64,000 nucleotides of DNA from Felis catus (GCF_018350175.1 NC_058373.1:111664001-111728000), one strand, 5' to 3'. Counted from the first letter of the stretch, positions 25,596 to 39,500 are shown. Numbers and translations are program-made. The notes: generated by a model from the sequence alone, not told the origin.

Positions 25596-28500
25596 AAAAA
25601 AAGTGCAGTATTGAACTGGCCTTATTCTGGCAAATGAGGTATGGAGCCTAGCTACTTTAGATATGGAAGGAGGCTTAGTAGATATTTGACCTCTTAGGAT
25701 ATCCAGAGCTATAATTAAGTAACTCTGAAGATGATGATAAAACAATCATTTGTTGAATAATCAATATATACCAGGTACTGTTTTAAATGCTTTATATATA
25801 CTAACTCATTTATTCCTTACAAGAATCCTATGAGGGAGAAGCTAGTGTTGTTTCCATTTTGTAAAGCAGGGAACTGAAAGAATAATTTCTGAAGTCAAGT
25901 TATAAGTGCCAGAGCCAAGATTAAAATTCAGGTCTGACTCCCAAACTCTGTGTCTTCACTAGCCTGTAATATTTCTTCAATATTTTGTGCTTTGCTATGG
26001 GGAATGGATACTGGCATGAAATAATACCTGGGCAGCATGATGTGTTACCTATAAAGTAGGGCTGGACCCCCATTCTGAGGAGGAGTAGACAGAACCAGAA
26101 AAGGTCCAAAGTGCACTGTTCCCCTGCCCTTGTAAAGATTGCCCTAGTGAGCAGAATTTAATGGTGGTGTCCTTAATCATCTGGGATAAAACTAGGTGTG
26201 AAGGCTTCATTTACTCTGACTTTCTCTGATTTAATTCTATCTCTAGTCAACCTTGGCCTATCTTGTATTTACCACAAGGAGAAAATGGCCATCATCTGCT
26301 CCACTCACATCTCCCATGTCCCCACACCCCACACTTGGCCCACCCTTTGTGACCCCTCTCTCCTTCATCCCACCCCATAGCCTACGTCTCTCCTCTCTTC
26401 TGGGCAACTCAGAGCACATATTTGGGCAGAGAGTCATGTCAATGCTCTTTAAACCTCCAAATGATGGCAGTTATCGATAACTCCCTTGCTTCCTGACCTC
26501 TCTTGCCTGCTACAGATACTTCCAGTCCTCAACAACCAGCAGAGTTGAGGAGGGACACCATCTCTCAGTTTCTACCTGGGACAGGAGATTCAAACTACAT
26601 CCCATGGAGAAGCTGTGGGAGCCACCTGAGAAAATGGGAGAGGATATAGAGAATGTTGAATGAGTGGGGCTGCAAATCCCCCAGCCCCACTTCTTTCACA
26701 GCAATTCCACAGCAATATGGTTCATGTGAGAGTGCATTTGAAGGATTATTCCATTCTTGAAGTAGAGGGGGAAAAATACCTGGCCTTGAAAGATCCAAAC
26801 CTCTGAGCCCTTCTTTATATCTAACTTCTCAGGTCCCACCATTCCTGCCTACCAGGAACAGAGGTGGGAAAGAAGCCAGGTGACTGTCCCAACTCCCAAT
26901 ATCCCACTCTCTAGGCTCTGGAGCCAAGGAGAATTACATCAAAACAGAGCTTGTGGGTGGAAAAAGGCCTGTGGGCTGCTGCTCTCCCTACAGTTCCCAC
27001 CCACAGTTCTGAGTCTTAGATGGCCTTATGTGGAGAGGCACTAAATGAACATGGCGTGAGTAAATGAAAGATTCGATCTCTGTTGATCTGGGTGTAGTTC
27101 CAGTAAGGGGAAAACTGGCCTTGGATCTTAGGATGGCCGTATTTATTCTTCAAGATTTACAGAGGCAGTTTGGCGAAGACATTAAGAATGTGGAATCTAG
27201 AATAAGACCCTCTGGCTTCAAATCCTGGCTCTGCCACTTCCAAATGGTGACCTTATCCTTGAGAAATATAAATAATATTTTCCTCGGAAGGCTGTTGGGA
27301 GGATTGAATGAGTTAATATGTGTAAAGCACTTAGTGCCTGACATGTTAGTGCTCAGTAGGTACTAATAAACATTAGCTCTCACCATTGTTGTTCAAATGC
27401 TCCCTTCTGACTCCCTGAAGCGGGGCTCATTGTTCTCTGCACTCTCACAGCACTTTGCTGAGACCTCTGATGAAATCGTGAGGACTTTTTTTTTCAAAAC
27501 CCCAAATCAAATTAGAGGATAGGGACAATAAAGCAGACTCTTGGAAATCAAGATACACAGATATCATAGGTAAAGTCCTTACTCCTTGCATAGCTATTAT
27601 GGTTATGTGTCTGTCTCTTCCTCTCAGCCTCTTTGTATCTTTGTATACCAAGGGCATGAAAGTGCTCACTGTAGTTTAATTGAATGACTGAGCTGCATTG
27701 GCTCTGACCATTGCCTCCTGACCTTCCTATCTGCCTAACTGTACAGAGGCTTATCTCCTTTCTTTGCCCCAAGAGGAGGAGGACGTTAAGAGTCTGGGCT
27801 ATGGCCAGGACACCCCTTCAGGGCTTGGCTGTGTGGCTGTGGGAATTCAGAGCATAGAGAGGAGAATAACATTTGCTGAACGGCTGCTGTCTTCCTGGAA
27901 CTGTTCTGGGCTCTTTACAGCACGTAATTCTCACATCAATTTAGTGAAGATATATTCTTGTTGGTCCCATTTTTCTGGATGAGGAAACTGAGTTTAAGCA
28001 ACCCTTTTAAGGTCACATAGCTGATGTGTCTGAGGCAGAATTCAAACCTGGATCTGACTGCTAGGCCTGTGCTCTTTCCACTGTGCTTGCAGGCTCCCGC
28101 TGAAGCACCCCTCCCACCTCCCTATTCCACTCTTCCTTTCTTCTCCACCTCTGTCTTGTCTTCATTTTCACCTATTATTCTCCCCAAATTATTTTTCTTC
28201 TTGAGTTAGCTTATTTATCACTTGGCCATATCTCCTTATTAATATAACCAGAACTTAAACATTATGCATCCCCACTGCCTCATTTGACAGCATGGTGCTG
28301 AGTGCTTATGAGCTTGGCAGTTAGAGGAGCTCAAAGGGGCTATAACATCTTCATCTTCAGCTGCTTTCATAGGGAAATGGGCCAGAGAGGAAAGAATGTG
28401 AGATGGGTCGGTGCAAGGCAGTGCATGGTGTATACATGGTAGAGGAGGGAACGAGGCGGGGAATCGGATGATGATACCACCAAGCATTTCTCCTGTAGTG

Positions 28501-29814
28501 TATTCAGCCCTAATTCAAAGTGGCCTGCTTGTGGCCTAGGGCTGTGAGCCTCCAGGAAGCTCCTAAGGTCATTTCTATCAAACAGCCTTCTTTTATCTTA
28601 TTCCTACCACTACTGTAGGCTTTACACACGTCTCATTTGATCCATACAATAATCCCATGAGCTAGGCAGGTATATTAATCTACTTCATTATATAGATGAG
28701 GAAGCTAGAGCTCAGAGAATGCAAGCAATTTGTTAAAGTCATATACCCAGCAAGTGGCAGAACAAGGAAAGGGGTAAAAAGACCTGAAAATTAAGGAAGA
28801 GATAGTGAGGAGCAACCGGCCAACAGAGTAGGACTTTCACAGCTTCCCCTGTTTGGGCATCTGCCTAGGTGAGCTGGCAGAGAATAGAAGCAGCTGAATT
28901 CCTGGATCAGCTTGCCTCATGGCCTGCTAGAGAAGAAGGGTCTCTGAGCCCCCAAAGGTTGATGCTTTGATTTTTTCCAAGGAGTTTTCAAAACTGGCAG
29001 GAGTTGTCCAGGGACCAGGAGGACTCTGCCCTCCAAAGTCCATCATGCTTCATGCTTCTTGGACCAAGACACTTTACATTTCCAATGGATACCTCAAAAT
29101 CCCCCCTAAAAAGATGTCTGCTCAGCTGGTTGATTGCTTTGTCCCAAGACTGTTCTTTTCTGGTGGCTTTTCCCCAGTTCTTTTACTTCTTTAGCCCCTT
29201 ACTCCAATCCTCATGGTTTCCTGGGCCCAAGATTTCCAAGTCCTTTTGGAGCTCTTGCAACATATATCCTAAGACAGTTCCCTCTGAGTCATGACATAAA
29301 ACCAATTCTTAAGAAAACTGTGGGACTTTATCAGTTACCCTGGAGTTGGCCTTACTTTCTAGAGGTGTCTTAGAACCCAGTACTGCTGCAATGCACAGAT
29401 TTAGGCTATGCCATGTAGCCCAGGAAAATTAGCCTGGGCTACAGGCTGGAAACAGCCAGCAACACAAAGTAATAAGCTTTAACGGAACAACTGGCTTTTT
29501 TTTCTTCATTCTTAAAATGCATTCTTAATAGACAGATATGATTAATAATGCAGGACCAAGTATTAATAAGGCAGATCTTAGTAGTTCTAGTTGAAGCTGG
29601 CTGTGCTTCCTGGCCCAGAGCTCGTCACACCTCACTCTGCCTTCCCTATCCTCCCCTTTCCTCATCCCCCTTCTTCCCATACAAATACTATAGTTGGCAA
29701 TTCCTTCTGCCAGCGTGTATGTCCAGTGAGCAGCAAAGCCATGCTCACTGGTTTATTTAAATGTGATGTTACCAGGAGCATGGCGGTAGTTGGAAGGACC
29801 TTGGAAACTATGCA

Positions 29815-30800
29815 CTGGACAAATATTTATTGAATATATACTACTTTCCAGACATTATGCTAAGCCTTAGAGATAGGGCAGAAGACAATATTTCTACCGT
29901 CCTGGGGTTTATTATTAAGGAGGGAGACAGGCAATAAATAAATACATGAAACTTACAGTATGTCAAATGTTAAGAATTATGATGGAGATGAAGGAGAGAA
30001 GCAGAGGAGGGGTGTGAAGTGGGAGGTGGAAGGTTATCATTTTAAATTAGAAGGGGGTTGGCTGAGGCCTCATTAGAAGGAGACAAGGGAGTGAGGAATG
30101 CAGCTGACTAGGGGAGAGCATTCCCTGCAGAGGGAACAGCAAATGCAAAACCTCTGAGGCAGGAGCATGCCTGGACTGTTCAAAGAATAGCAGGGCAGCT
30201 AGTGTGACTGGAAAGGAGAATGGAAGAGAAAGAGCTGAAAAGAGGTCATGGAAGACTGGATGGTGCAGGACCTTGCAGACCAGCATAAGGACTTAGCCTA
30301 AATGAAACGGAAAGCTTTTGAAGGGTTTTGAGCAGTGAGATGACATGATCTCATTTATGTAATAAAAGCAATTACTCAGGTAGCTGCCTTGAGAATAGCC
30401 TGTAGTTGGGGATAGAGATAGAAGCAATGAGACCAGTTAGGACATATGGTGATCTTAGAAGAGAAAAGCTTAGGTAGTAAGAGCAGGGTCTCTGGAGCCA
30501 GACTGCCTGCGTTCAAATCTCAGCTATGCCACCTACTAGCTGCATGACCTTGGGCAAACTGTGTAATCTCTCTGTGTCTCAGTCTCATCTGTAGAATGGG
30601 GATAATAATTGTACCTACCTCATAGGGTTTTTTGTAAGGATTAAATGGGTTATTAAATGTGAAATTCTTAGAGCACAGGGCTGTTTTGAGGATTAAATGA
30701 GTTAAAAACATTTGTAATAGCACAAAGCAAATGTTGCTTCTGTGCTTGAGTTATTGTTATCATTCTTATTATCTTCTGAGTGAGAGATGATGGCGGCTCA
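29815..30800 (-). mobile_element. L2 fragment with a MIR (+, ~30470-30770) inside it
   Basis: caaatatttattgaa...gcattccctgcagagggaacagcaaatgcaaaacctctgaggcaggagcatgcctgg...gagcagtgagatgacatgatc is L2. tctggagccagactgcctgcgttcaaatctcagct...gaccttgggcaa is MIR. Confidence 0.8.
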
Positions 30801-30982
30801 GGCCAAAGTGGTCATAGTGGAAGAAAACTCATCATTTGGGGGGGACTGTTTTGAAGGCAGAGCTAACAGGAGTTGGTGATATATTGGATGTGTGGAGTGC
30901 AAAGAGAGAGGAGTTTCATCCACCACCCCCATATTACAGATGAGGAAACTGAGCACAGCTGAGACCACCATTGTTAGTACCA

Positions 30983-31087
30983 TTTTTTTCTTTTAATTAA
31001 GTAGGTCCCATGCCCAACATGTGGCTTGAACTCATGACCCTGAAATCAAGAGTCACATGCTCCATTGACTGAGCCAGACAGGTGCCC
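30983..31087 (-). mobile_element. Short tRNA-Lys(CTT)-derived retroposon (SINEC_old-like)
   Basis: Reverse complement gggcacctgtctggctcagtcaatggagcatgtgactcttgatttcagggtcatgagttcaagccacatgttgggca follows tRNA-Lys-CTT along its length, then a short spacer and A-rich tail. Confidence 0.8.
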
Positions 31088-31708
31088 GTTAAAGAGCCAT
31101 GTTGCTAAATAGTTTAACATTAACAGAAATCACAGGTAAAGAACAAGTTCAGTGTAATATAAAAATCCTTATATAATAAGCAATTTCAATTTTTATCTAT
31201 TCCCTTCAATTCTTATCTTTATGCATGCATGGTTCTTAAATAATTATGATAATTACATTAACATAGTTTTATATTAAAAAAAAGAGACGTATGAGGCACT
31301 TCATGACTCTAGCAAGGGTTCATTGGTCAAACATTAAAGAAATTAATGTGCTCAACACCATTTATAATTCAGGATATACACAGGGCACAGCATTCCCATT
31401 TTGAGGTAAAACAGCATATAATCCTAAATTGGCTGCTAAAACAGAGCTGTTGGAGACAGAGAGTCATTCATTCATTTATTCACTCAGCAAACTTTTATTA
31501 AGTGAGTCTATATACAGCTACCTAGAAGGGTAGGTTGATAAGTAGATGACACTTTTTTATTTCAAGGGAATAAGTCTGGTGGGGGAGAGCACATTGCTAT
31601 AATTGGTTTTTATATCTAAGACCTACCCTAGAGGAGATATGTGTGTACAAGTTACCTTGGAAACACTATGGAGGATACACTTAATTCTGCTTACAAAGAT
31701 AGGGATGT

Positions 31709-31923
31709 GGGTACCTGTGTGGGTCAGTCAGTTAAGCGTCTGACTCTTGATCTCAGTTCACGTCATGCTTTCACGGTTCGAGGGATCGAGCCCTGCGTCG
31801 GGCTCTGTGCTGACAGCGTGGAGGCTCCTTGGGATTCTGTCTCTGTCTCTCTCTGCCCCTCCCTTGCTCATGGTCTCACATGCACACACACTCTTAAAAT
31901 AAATAAACTTGAAAAAAAGAAAA
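31709..31923 (+). mobile_element. Can-SINE (older subfamily)
   Basis: gggtacctgtgtgggtcagtcagttaagcgtctgactcttga...aaaataaataaacttgaaaaaa. Degenerate TSD aaagatagggatg/aaaggtagggagg. Confidence 0.92.
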
Positions 31924-32264
31924 GGTAGGGAGGCTTCCTGAGAGAAATGACATCTGGATACCATATTCTTCCGAGAGGACACAGAAGAGATTCAGTTCAC
32001 TGACTTGTGTTGTTGGTTGTTCTGACTGCCCTTCCCACTAGGCCATATGTGTACCTCTGATCTGTGGGTCTATCCAGATGCCTGACACATCTGCTCTTTT
32101 AATGTTTGTTAATGCTCTTTTAATATCTTCAAAAAGTGACCAAATGGAGAAATCACACAAGTACAGTAGCTTTTTAAGTCTTTGGCAGGAGGCGGGATGG
32201 GGGAATTGTGGAAAAAAAATCTTCCTGACCTCCTGAAGGACCACATCTTTCACCTAAAGTCTTG

Positions 32265-32688
32265 CTTAATGCGTGGTCAGGAGACAGAATCCACTGTTGG
32301 TGTTCCAAGTAGGAAGGGTTTAATACAAGGAATTAGAGGCCTCCACGAGCATTAGATGGGCTGGAGAAGTGAAGGTCAGGGGAGCCACTGCAGTCACAAC
32401 TGCTTGTGCTACCAAACCAGGTGATTTGCAGAAGCTTGCCCAGAAATCACTGCAGACCTGGGTTCTGCCATCTGCTTATATATTTGGCCCCAGTTGCCAC
32501 CAGAGAAAAATTGCTTCTCTTCTGCCTTAAATCTTACATAAGTGCTTCTCATTGACAGAATATAACCCAGAAACATATAGGAAGGAAGATCCCCAGAAGT
32601 GTAGTTCCAGATTTCTCTCCCGCAATGCAGAGGAGGTTTTAGGATAGGGCAGTGGTTATGCTGAGTTGCCAACAGACAGCTCAGCACA
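32265..32688 (-). mobile_element. Old ERVL-class solo LTR (LTR41/LTR52-like)
   Basis: gtcaggagacagaatccact...gggtttaatacaaggaattag...ctcattgacagaatataacccagaaac...gtgtagttcc...gccaacagacagctcagcaca. Family uncertain. Confidence 0.5.
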
Positions 32689-33039
32689 AACAGCTTCCCC
32701 AAGATGAAGGTGACTTCTTCATCTCTGAGAGGGAGGTGTGCACAGCTCTGGCAACATCTCATTTTACTTTCCCTACCTCTAGGAATCTGTTGTGTTCAGT
32801 CCAAACATCTTCCTGATGGAGCATGGTCCTTATGAGATTCCCCTACAACCAAATCACGAAAATCTGTGATCCAGTAAGCAGATCCAGGCAGTGTCGAGTG
32901 GTGGAAAGAACTCCAATTTTGAAGGCAGACACACTCTGAATGCTAATCTCAGCTGTGCTGTTGGCTAGCCATGTCAACTTAACATATAAGAATGTTTAAA
33001 TGGTATTTTTAAATATAGATAATTTATTAAATGAATTAT

Positions 33040-33830
33040 ACCTCCATATTAAATAATATCATGTATCCACTTGGAATAATCTTGTATAGAAGAATAATGT
33101 TGACATGGGAAACTGTTCATGCTATGGTGAAAAGTGAGAAAAGCAAGTTACAAAAAACAGTATGAACACCGTGCTTCCTTTTTTAACAGAACAACTATAT
33201 AACCAAAAGCCTATTTATGCCAAAATTTTCACAGTAGTTACCTCTGAGGGTAGTTAGGATTACAGCTGGGTTTTTCTTTTTTTTTTCCCTAGGTGTGTGA
33301 GTTTCTCAGATTTTCTGCGTTGAGTGTGTATTACTTTTGTAAGTTTAAAAAAATTATATAAAAATAAAAAGTAGGACTCAATAAAATTGAGAGAAGTAAA
33401 TTAGATAATATATGCAAAGTTCCTGAAACATTTTCAATAAATGACAGTTTCCTATTCATTTAGAAATGATTTTACTTTATTTTATATTCTGAATAAATCA
33501 TAGTTACATTCAAGCTTTTAAAGATATGGAAATGAGAAGTATCACTCCTACCTCAGACCTCCAGCCACTCCCTTCCTTTTCCTGTGGTTCATCAATGTCA
33601 CTGGTTTCTTACATATCCTTTGGGGGAAATATGCATATATAAGCAAACATATAAATGGTATTTTCACCCATTTTTTACACAAATGGCTGCATATTATACT
33701 ACCTTTATTCCCTTTTATTTTATACCCCTGCTACTGGTGACCTCTCCATATCAGTATATACAGATACTACAATAATTTATAGCTGTACCATCATTTATTT
33801 AACCAGTCCTCCCATGGTGGACTTTCAACC
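33040..33830. mobile_element. L1ME 3' fragments in both orientations, with MIR pieces
   Basis: aaaagtgagaaaagcaagttacaaaaaacagtatg...cagtagttacctctgagg on +, and ttttacacaaatggctgcatatta...atttatttaaccagtcctccc on -. Confidence 0.55.
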
Positions 33831-35639
33831 CGGTGGTATATTCTGAACGTGGCCCCAGATACAAGGGAGGCCTGCACTTTAGGAATGACCGCCCTGTCCC
33901 TGGTCTCTTCTGGGCTTGCAAACATCACCCTCTCCATGGGCTTCGGTCATATCTTTGTCTCTGCTTCTGAGGCTGAGGGGCTTCAAGAGACCTCGTGCTG
34001 GTTCCAGCTCAAACCTGTACTGGTGACAGTCTTTTTTACCTATTTATCTATTTTTTTCTGGCAGTGACTGGATCTGGTATGGAGATCTGGTATGGAGAGC
34101 TGATAAGCCATGTGGCATGTATTTAATTCTCTGTCTCCTCCATGAGGTGCTCTCTCTGTGTCACTGTTTACTTCTGCACTCCCTTCCAGCCTCGGTGTTC
34201 TCTGGGGAGAGGTCAGTGGCCCATTAATCTCAGAGCTCCCTCTCCCTCTTCATTCATCCTCTTTAACATCTCGGAGGATCTGGAAATAAGACTGTGGTGT
34301 TGTCACCTAACTCACAACCTAAGTGACAAGGGGAGGGATAATGAGGAGCCGGGCGAGGGGTGCAGTGACGGTGATACAAAGGGGTGGCAGCTGGATCTAC
34401 TGGGCCCCACCAGATGATGGGAATGTAGACGCATAGGGTTAAGTGAGGAGAGCCTGGCCTATGGTGAGTCTTCTGGATGAGACTCTCTGGTGGTGGTTTG
34501 GGGGAGATAGTTAGGATCTAAGCCAGTAAGAATGGCCTAATCCCTATCCTTACATGAAGGCTATAAAGAGATCCCTTTGGGTCATTTATTAATTTCATAA
34601 TTAAACTGATTTTGATTGAATACATATTACACGCAAAGCACTCTATTAGGTGGTTCTGCCATCCCTGTCTTATCATTTTACACATCGTGGTCTCCCTCTC
34701 TTGCTGGGGTCACAGACTCATGCAGTCTCTTTTATTGCTTTTGCTTCAAACTTTTGTGGTCTTTCAAGGCCTGCAAGGGTTTTCCTTGGGCTCAGCCTAT
34801 AAAACAGAGTGCAAGTCCTTGAAAGTCACAGTCTAAATCAGTGCAGTCACAGACGGAGACATCTGGTTAGGATGGCACATAGACATGCTTAATCAGTGTT
34901 GTCTAAACTGAACTGATCAGGGTCAGTGGAAGCCCTTCTGTAGAATGGCACGGGGTACCACGTGCCCTCACTCACTCGAGATAATGGTCTTAGGAACAAT
35001 TATCAGCCTAATTTCTTTTTACATCAATGTAGATTTGATGTCTAGTAATATATGTGTTGTACCTTTAATGGCCTTTTAATGATGAAGAGTATCAAAAGCA
35101 TTTTAGATGTGAACCTGCACCATTAGTTTCCATTCCAGAAATCCACTGTAATTACCACAGCTGCTTCTCCTAGCCCGGCAAGAGCACTGAATTGCTGTGA
35201 ACATACCTGCAGTTAATCACAATCAGCACCGAGCCAGGTCTGATGCAGGTCCAGGGCTGGTTACTGAAGGTGGAGGACAGGGTGTGCTGGGGGAGGGAGC
35301 AGAAAGAAACAGGAAGGAGTAAAGGACTGAGTCATTCATGGTCTGGAGTGTAAGATCTCTCAGAACAGGGGCTCTCTCAGCCCTGGCTGGTCCTCTCTTC
35401 TCTCTTCATGTCCTATTGGGAAAAACTAAGGATTGTTGGTAATTCTATGTTCTCCCCAACTCCATTTATGAAGATTTGGCAGGGCAGGAGAGGGTGAAGG
35501 GCATGTGATGCAGGGTGCCTAGCTGAGGGAAGTGAATCTGAATAGGCAGAACTGGAGGAGGCAGAGCACAGAGGGAAGGATCTAAGGGAGAGTGATTCTT
35601 CCCAGGGGAGGGAGGCATTCAGAGGGAATGCACAGTGAG

Positions 35640-36132
35640 TTGATTATTCTTTTGAATCTCTATCCTCAAGATCCGTTGTCTGTCATTCCCTGTGCCCTGG
35701 GAGGCTGACCACTGTGGATGGCATTACCCAGGCTTTCTTCCCCCTGGCTTCCAGTTGGCTTTAGCCATAGAAAGGCACTGGCAGGAGATGTGAGGGTGGA
35801 AGAAGACAGGGTCAGGGTATTTCTTCCTCCATTTCCGTCCTGCTTAGGCATTGCAATTCTGGCAGTGGTTGCATTTCTCTACAACTATAGCTTCTGTCAG
35901 GAAGCCCTTCTTCCATGGCTCCAGCTCTTAATGGGCTCTAATAACATGTTTTTCTCTCCTTGCCTTTGGACTAGGGGTGGTATAAGGCTTCCTGTTTTTG
36001 CTAGTTACTGGATACTTCAAAACCCATACAGACTCCCTTAACCCCATTCACCTCTGTGAATAGTACCTTCATTAAATTCAAAATTCCAGTTGAGTGTGCC
36101 ATCTGTTTCCTGTAAGAACCCTGATTGATATA
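35640..36132 (+). mobile_element. LTR33 (ERVL) solo LTR
   Basis: ctgtgccctgggaggctgacc...ctggcttccagttggctttagcca...ctaggggtggta...ttgagtgtgccatctgtttcctg...ccctgattgata. Confidence 0.8.
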
Positions 36133-36138
36133 GTGAGT

Positions 36139-36541
36139 GTGTCAGAAATCAGCTAATGCTTTTTACCAATCCTGTTTCCTTTTCCTGGACACATAGGAAG
36201 ACTAAATTTTCCATTCTTGTCTGCATTTAGGTTGAGGCTATGTGACTGTGTTCTGACAAATGGGATGATGTATAACACTGCCAAGCCTAGCCATAAAACA
36301 CCACTTGCAATTGTCCCCACCCTCTTCCTCTTCGATGGTAACATTGGAAGCTATATATTTAAGGTTACAGTGTCTCAATCTGGAAGAAGTTTGGATCCCT
36401 GGGTCACTGGTTGGAGGAGAATTGCCCAACTGTATTCAACTATGATATGAGTGAGAAATATATTTATTGTGTTGTGCCATAGAGATTTTGAGAGTAGTTT
36501 TTTTTTTACCACAATGAGGGTTAATCACTTCAACTAATTCA
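36139..36541 (+). mobile_element. MaLR LTR (MLT1I/J-like)
   Basis: ttcctggacacataggaagacta...gctatgtgactgtgttctg...ggatccctgggtcactggttggaggaga...atgagtgagaaata. Confidence 0.7.
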
Positions 36542-39500
36542 GTGGAGGTGCTAAATGAAGAGGTCACCTAGAGCAAAGGAGTATTCAAGGCATAAATAGA
36601 AGGAAGCGTAGAATTTCCTAACTTGAGTGAGACTGCAATGAGAATTTTAACAAAGAATGTAATGTTTTGCTTTGTGAAAAGAACAGGGACTTGGATGTCA
36701 GAACTGAGGTTAAAGTTAGGCTTCACCACTTCTAGCTACATGATCTTGGGCAAGTTACTTCACCTTTTTAATTTTTCTTATCTGTAGAATTGGGAAACTA
36801 ATATCTATCTCATAAAATCAACGTCTTATGTTTATAAGATAATAGTTGGCACTCAGTAAAAGTTCCTTCTTTTTCCTCTCTCAGCTGTGAATGATCAACT
36901 CACTGCCCCTAGCAATTGGTGAATAATTTCAACTTTTGAGGTACCTATTTCCTAATAATCTCTAATGGCAGAGGATAATTCACACTGTCCTGAGCATCCT
37001 GGTATGTAAATAGTTTGAATATTGACCAGGAAAAAGGGATTTCCTTTAGTCTTGGACTTAGGCACTAATTCTTTCACTTCTCTGCCCTCCAGGCCCCATC
37101 TTGAAATTTGTAGGCCACCCAACGCACCTGTCAGGTCAAGCAACATTGAATCCCTGTGCCATTTCTTACTTCATGAATGAGAGTAGATCCTGGGACTAAA
37201 GTGTCTTTTGAAAATGTAAAGATAAAGGACTCCCCTGGGAAATTTTTCATCATCAAGAAAGCTTATTTGTCTATTCATAATCCATCTATCCATAAGTCCA
37301 GAAAATATTTAGTTCCTAGTATATGTGAAAAGTACTACTAAGGCCTACGATAGATACAAAGATGGATTAGACACATCGCCCTGAAGAGCTTACATTCTTG
37401 CTGGAGAGAGGGTCATTTAATTTCATAAATAACTATATGACAGACCAGGATATGACAAACATGGAAGATCAGGTATAAAGTGCTATGAAATTCAGAAGAA
37501 GGGAAACCTCTTCTGGTTGGAGAGATCAGGGAGCATTTGAGTACATCTTCAAGGTAGGGTAGGACTTGAACATATGGAGATGACGGAAGAGACCCATGGG
37601 GAAAGAGAGGCTAATAGTTTGGCTAGAACACAGCTGCCAATAGTGGGGTTGAGGGAAACAGTTTAGAAATGTCACCTGAGAACAGATTGTGCAGAGCCTG
37701 AATTCTAGCCAAAATGTTCTTGCGGAGGGCCAAGACCGGTCATCAAAGGTTTCTGAGCATTGGAGTGGCATGTGCCCTGGGAAGGGTAGTTGTGGGAAGC
37801 TGTGTTCAGAACCTTTGGAAGCAGCAGGAGGGGGGATAAGGAGCCCCACTAGAAGACCTGCAGCCATCTAGGTAAACCTTAATGTGGGACTAAACTAGGG
37901 TAGAATGTATGGAGTGTAAAAGAATCATTACACATGCATTTATTATGTACCTACTCTATTCTTCTGTCAGCCACTCTAGGGGATGAAAACTAAGCAACAT
38001 GACTCTTGCCTCCTAGGTGCTTACAGTATGACTTGAGGGATAAATCAGTCAAGGAAATTTGTCCTTTCTAAACTCATCACCTTTATGGCCACACAGCATA
38101 AATGCAAGCTGGTTTACTGTCCCTATCCACTCTGTACCCTGTCAACAGCATCCCACCTCTACCCCAGCAATACCAACGAGAAGATAGGGTATAAAGTTTT
38201 AAGATATGGTCTGCTGTCGATGCTTATTTAATAAAAATTCTATAGCACTTATGGTATGCTCTGTACTATTTTAAGAGCTTTATAAATACTGCATTATTTA
38301 TTTTCATAATAATCCTATGAGGTAGGCCCTATCATCATTCCTATTTTATAAATGAGGACACTGAGGAACAGAGAAATTAAATAATTTTCCCAAAGTTATA
38401 CAGCTAGTCAGTTGCAGATCTAGAGTTTAGAACCCAAGGAATCTGGCTCCAGAGTCTTACACTTAATCATTACATTGTACTGCGTCCTTGCAACACTGTT
38501 TTCCCTCTGCCAACCTGCAGTGAATCACAGCCAAAAAGGAATTACTCTTGGACCTTACTTACCCCCACTGAATCAGTTCTCTCCTCTTGGCTTGTGATGC
38601 TGTCCAAGGTCACAGTGAGCTAGAATCAGCTCGATCAACTCTGGTGCAGTCATAGTTACAGTCAATGCTGAACTTGACGGCCCCACTCAGCTGGGTAACT
38701 GGTCAAGAAGGTGGGTGAGGCAAATCAATGAATTGGTGAGGGACAGCCATCTTATGAAAGGTGGTCTTGCACCTACAGGATCTCTTAACCTCTGTTCAGA
38801 GCCATCAAGTCAGTGCTGCTGCTCACATACCACTCTGGAAGAGGCATGTATAATGGCAATTCTTAGAGCATGGGCTCTGATATTTACTACCCATGGACCC
38901 TTGGACTAAGCATCAGTTTCCCTATCCACAAAGTGGAGGTATTACATAGGAGTTTCCTTATAAAATTGTAGTAAAGAGCAAACGAGACACTTTCTGTAAA
39001 ATGCTAAGCATAGTGCCTTACATGCAGCAAGTACTCAGAAAGTGTTTGCTGTTATCATTTCACCCAGTTAAGAACACACTCTTCACATGGTCTATGATGC
39101 CAGACTCAGAAGTACTCAGAAGCCGCAAGCTGCCTCTTTAGGCCTTCATTCAAGAAAAGAACTAAAGTATCCCTATAGCCTTTTGGAATGGAGGAACAAG
39201 CAATTTGGGGTCTTGCCATCCCGAGGTGTATAATATTATTATTGCATTCCATTGTGCATTGTGTGCAAGACTCTATTGAATCTTGGAGAAACTACCAGAC
39301 TCTGGAACAGGATAGCCTGGATTTAAATCTCAGCTCTGCCATTTACCAGCTGGGTGACCTTGGGCAAATTCACATCTTGGAGCCTCAGTTTCATTGTCTG
39401 CAAAATGAGGTGATGATGATATCCTCCTCATAGGGTTGTTGGAGGATAAAGTGAGTTAATTATGTGAAGTCTTTACAGCCGTACTTGGCACATTGTAGAT

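Noticed and set aside
31011..31087. Functional tRNA-Lys gene
   Set aside because: Multiple stem mismatches and CpG-decay changes, plus an A-rich tail, indicate a retroposed copy.
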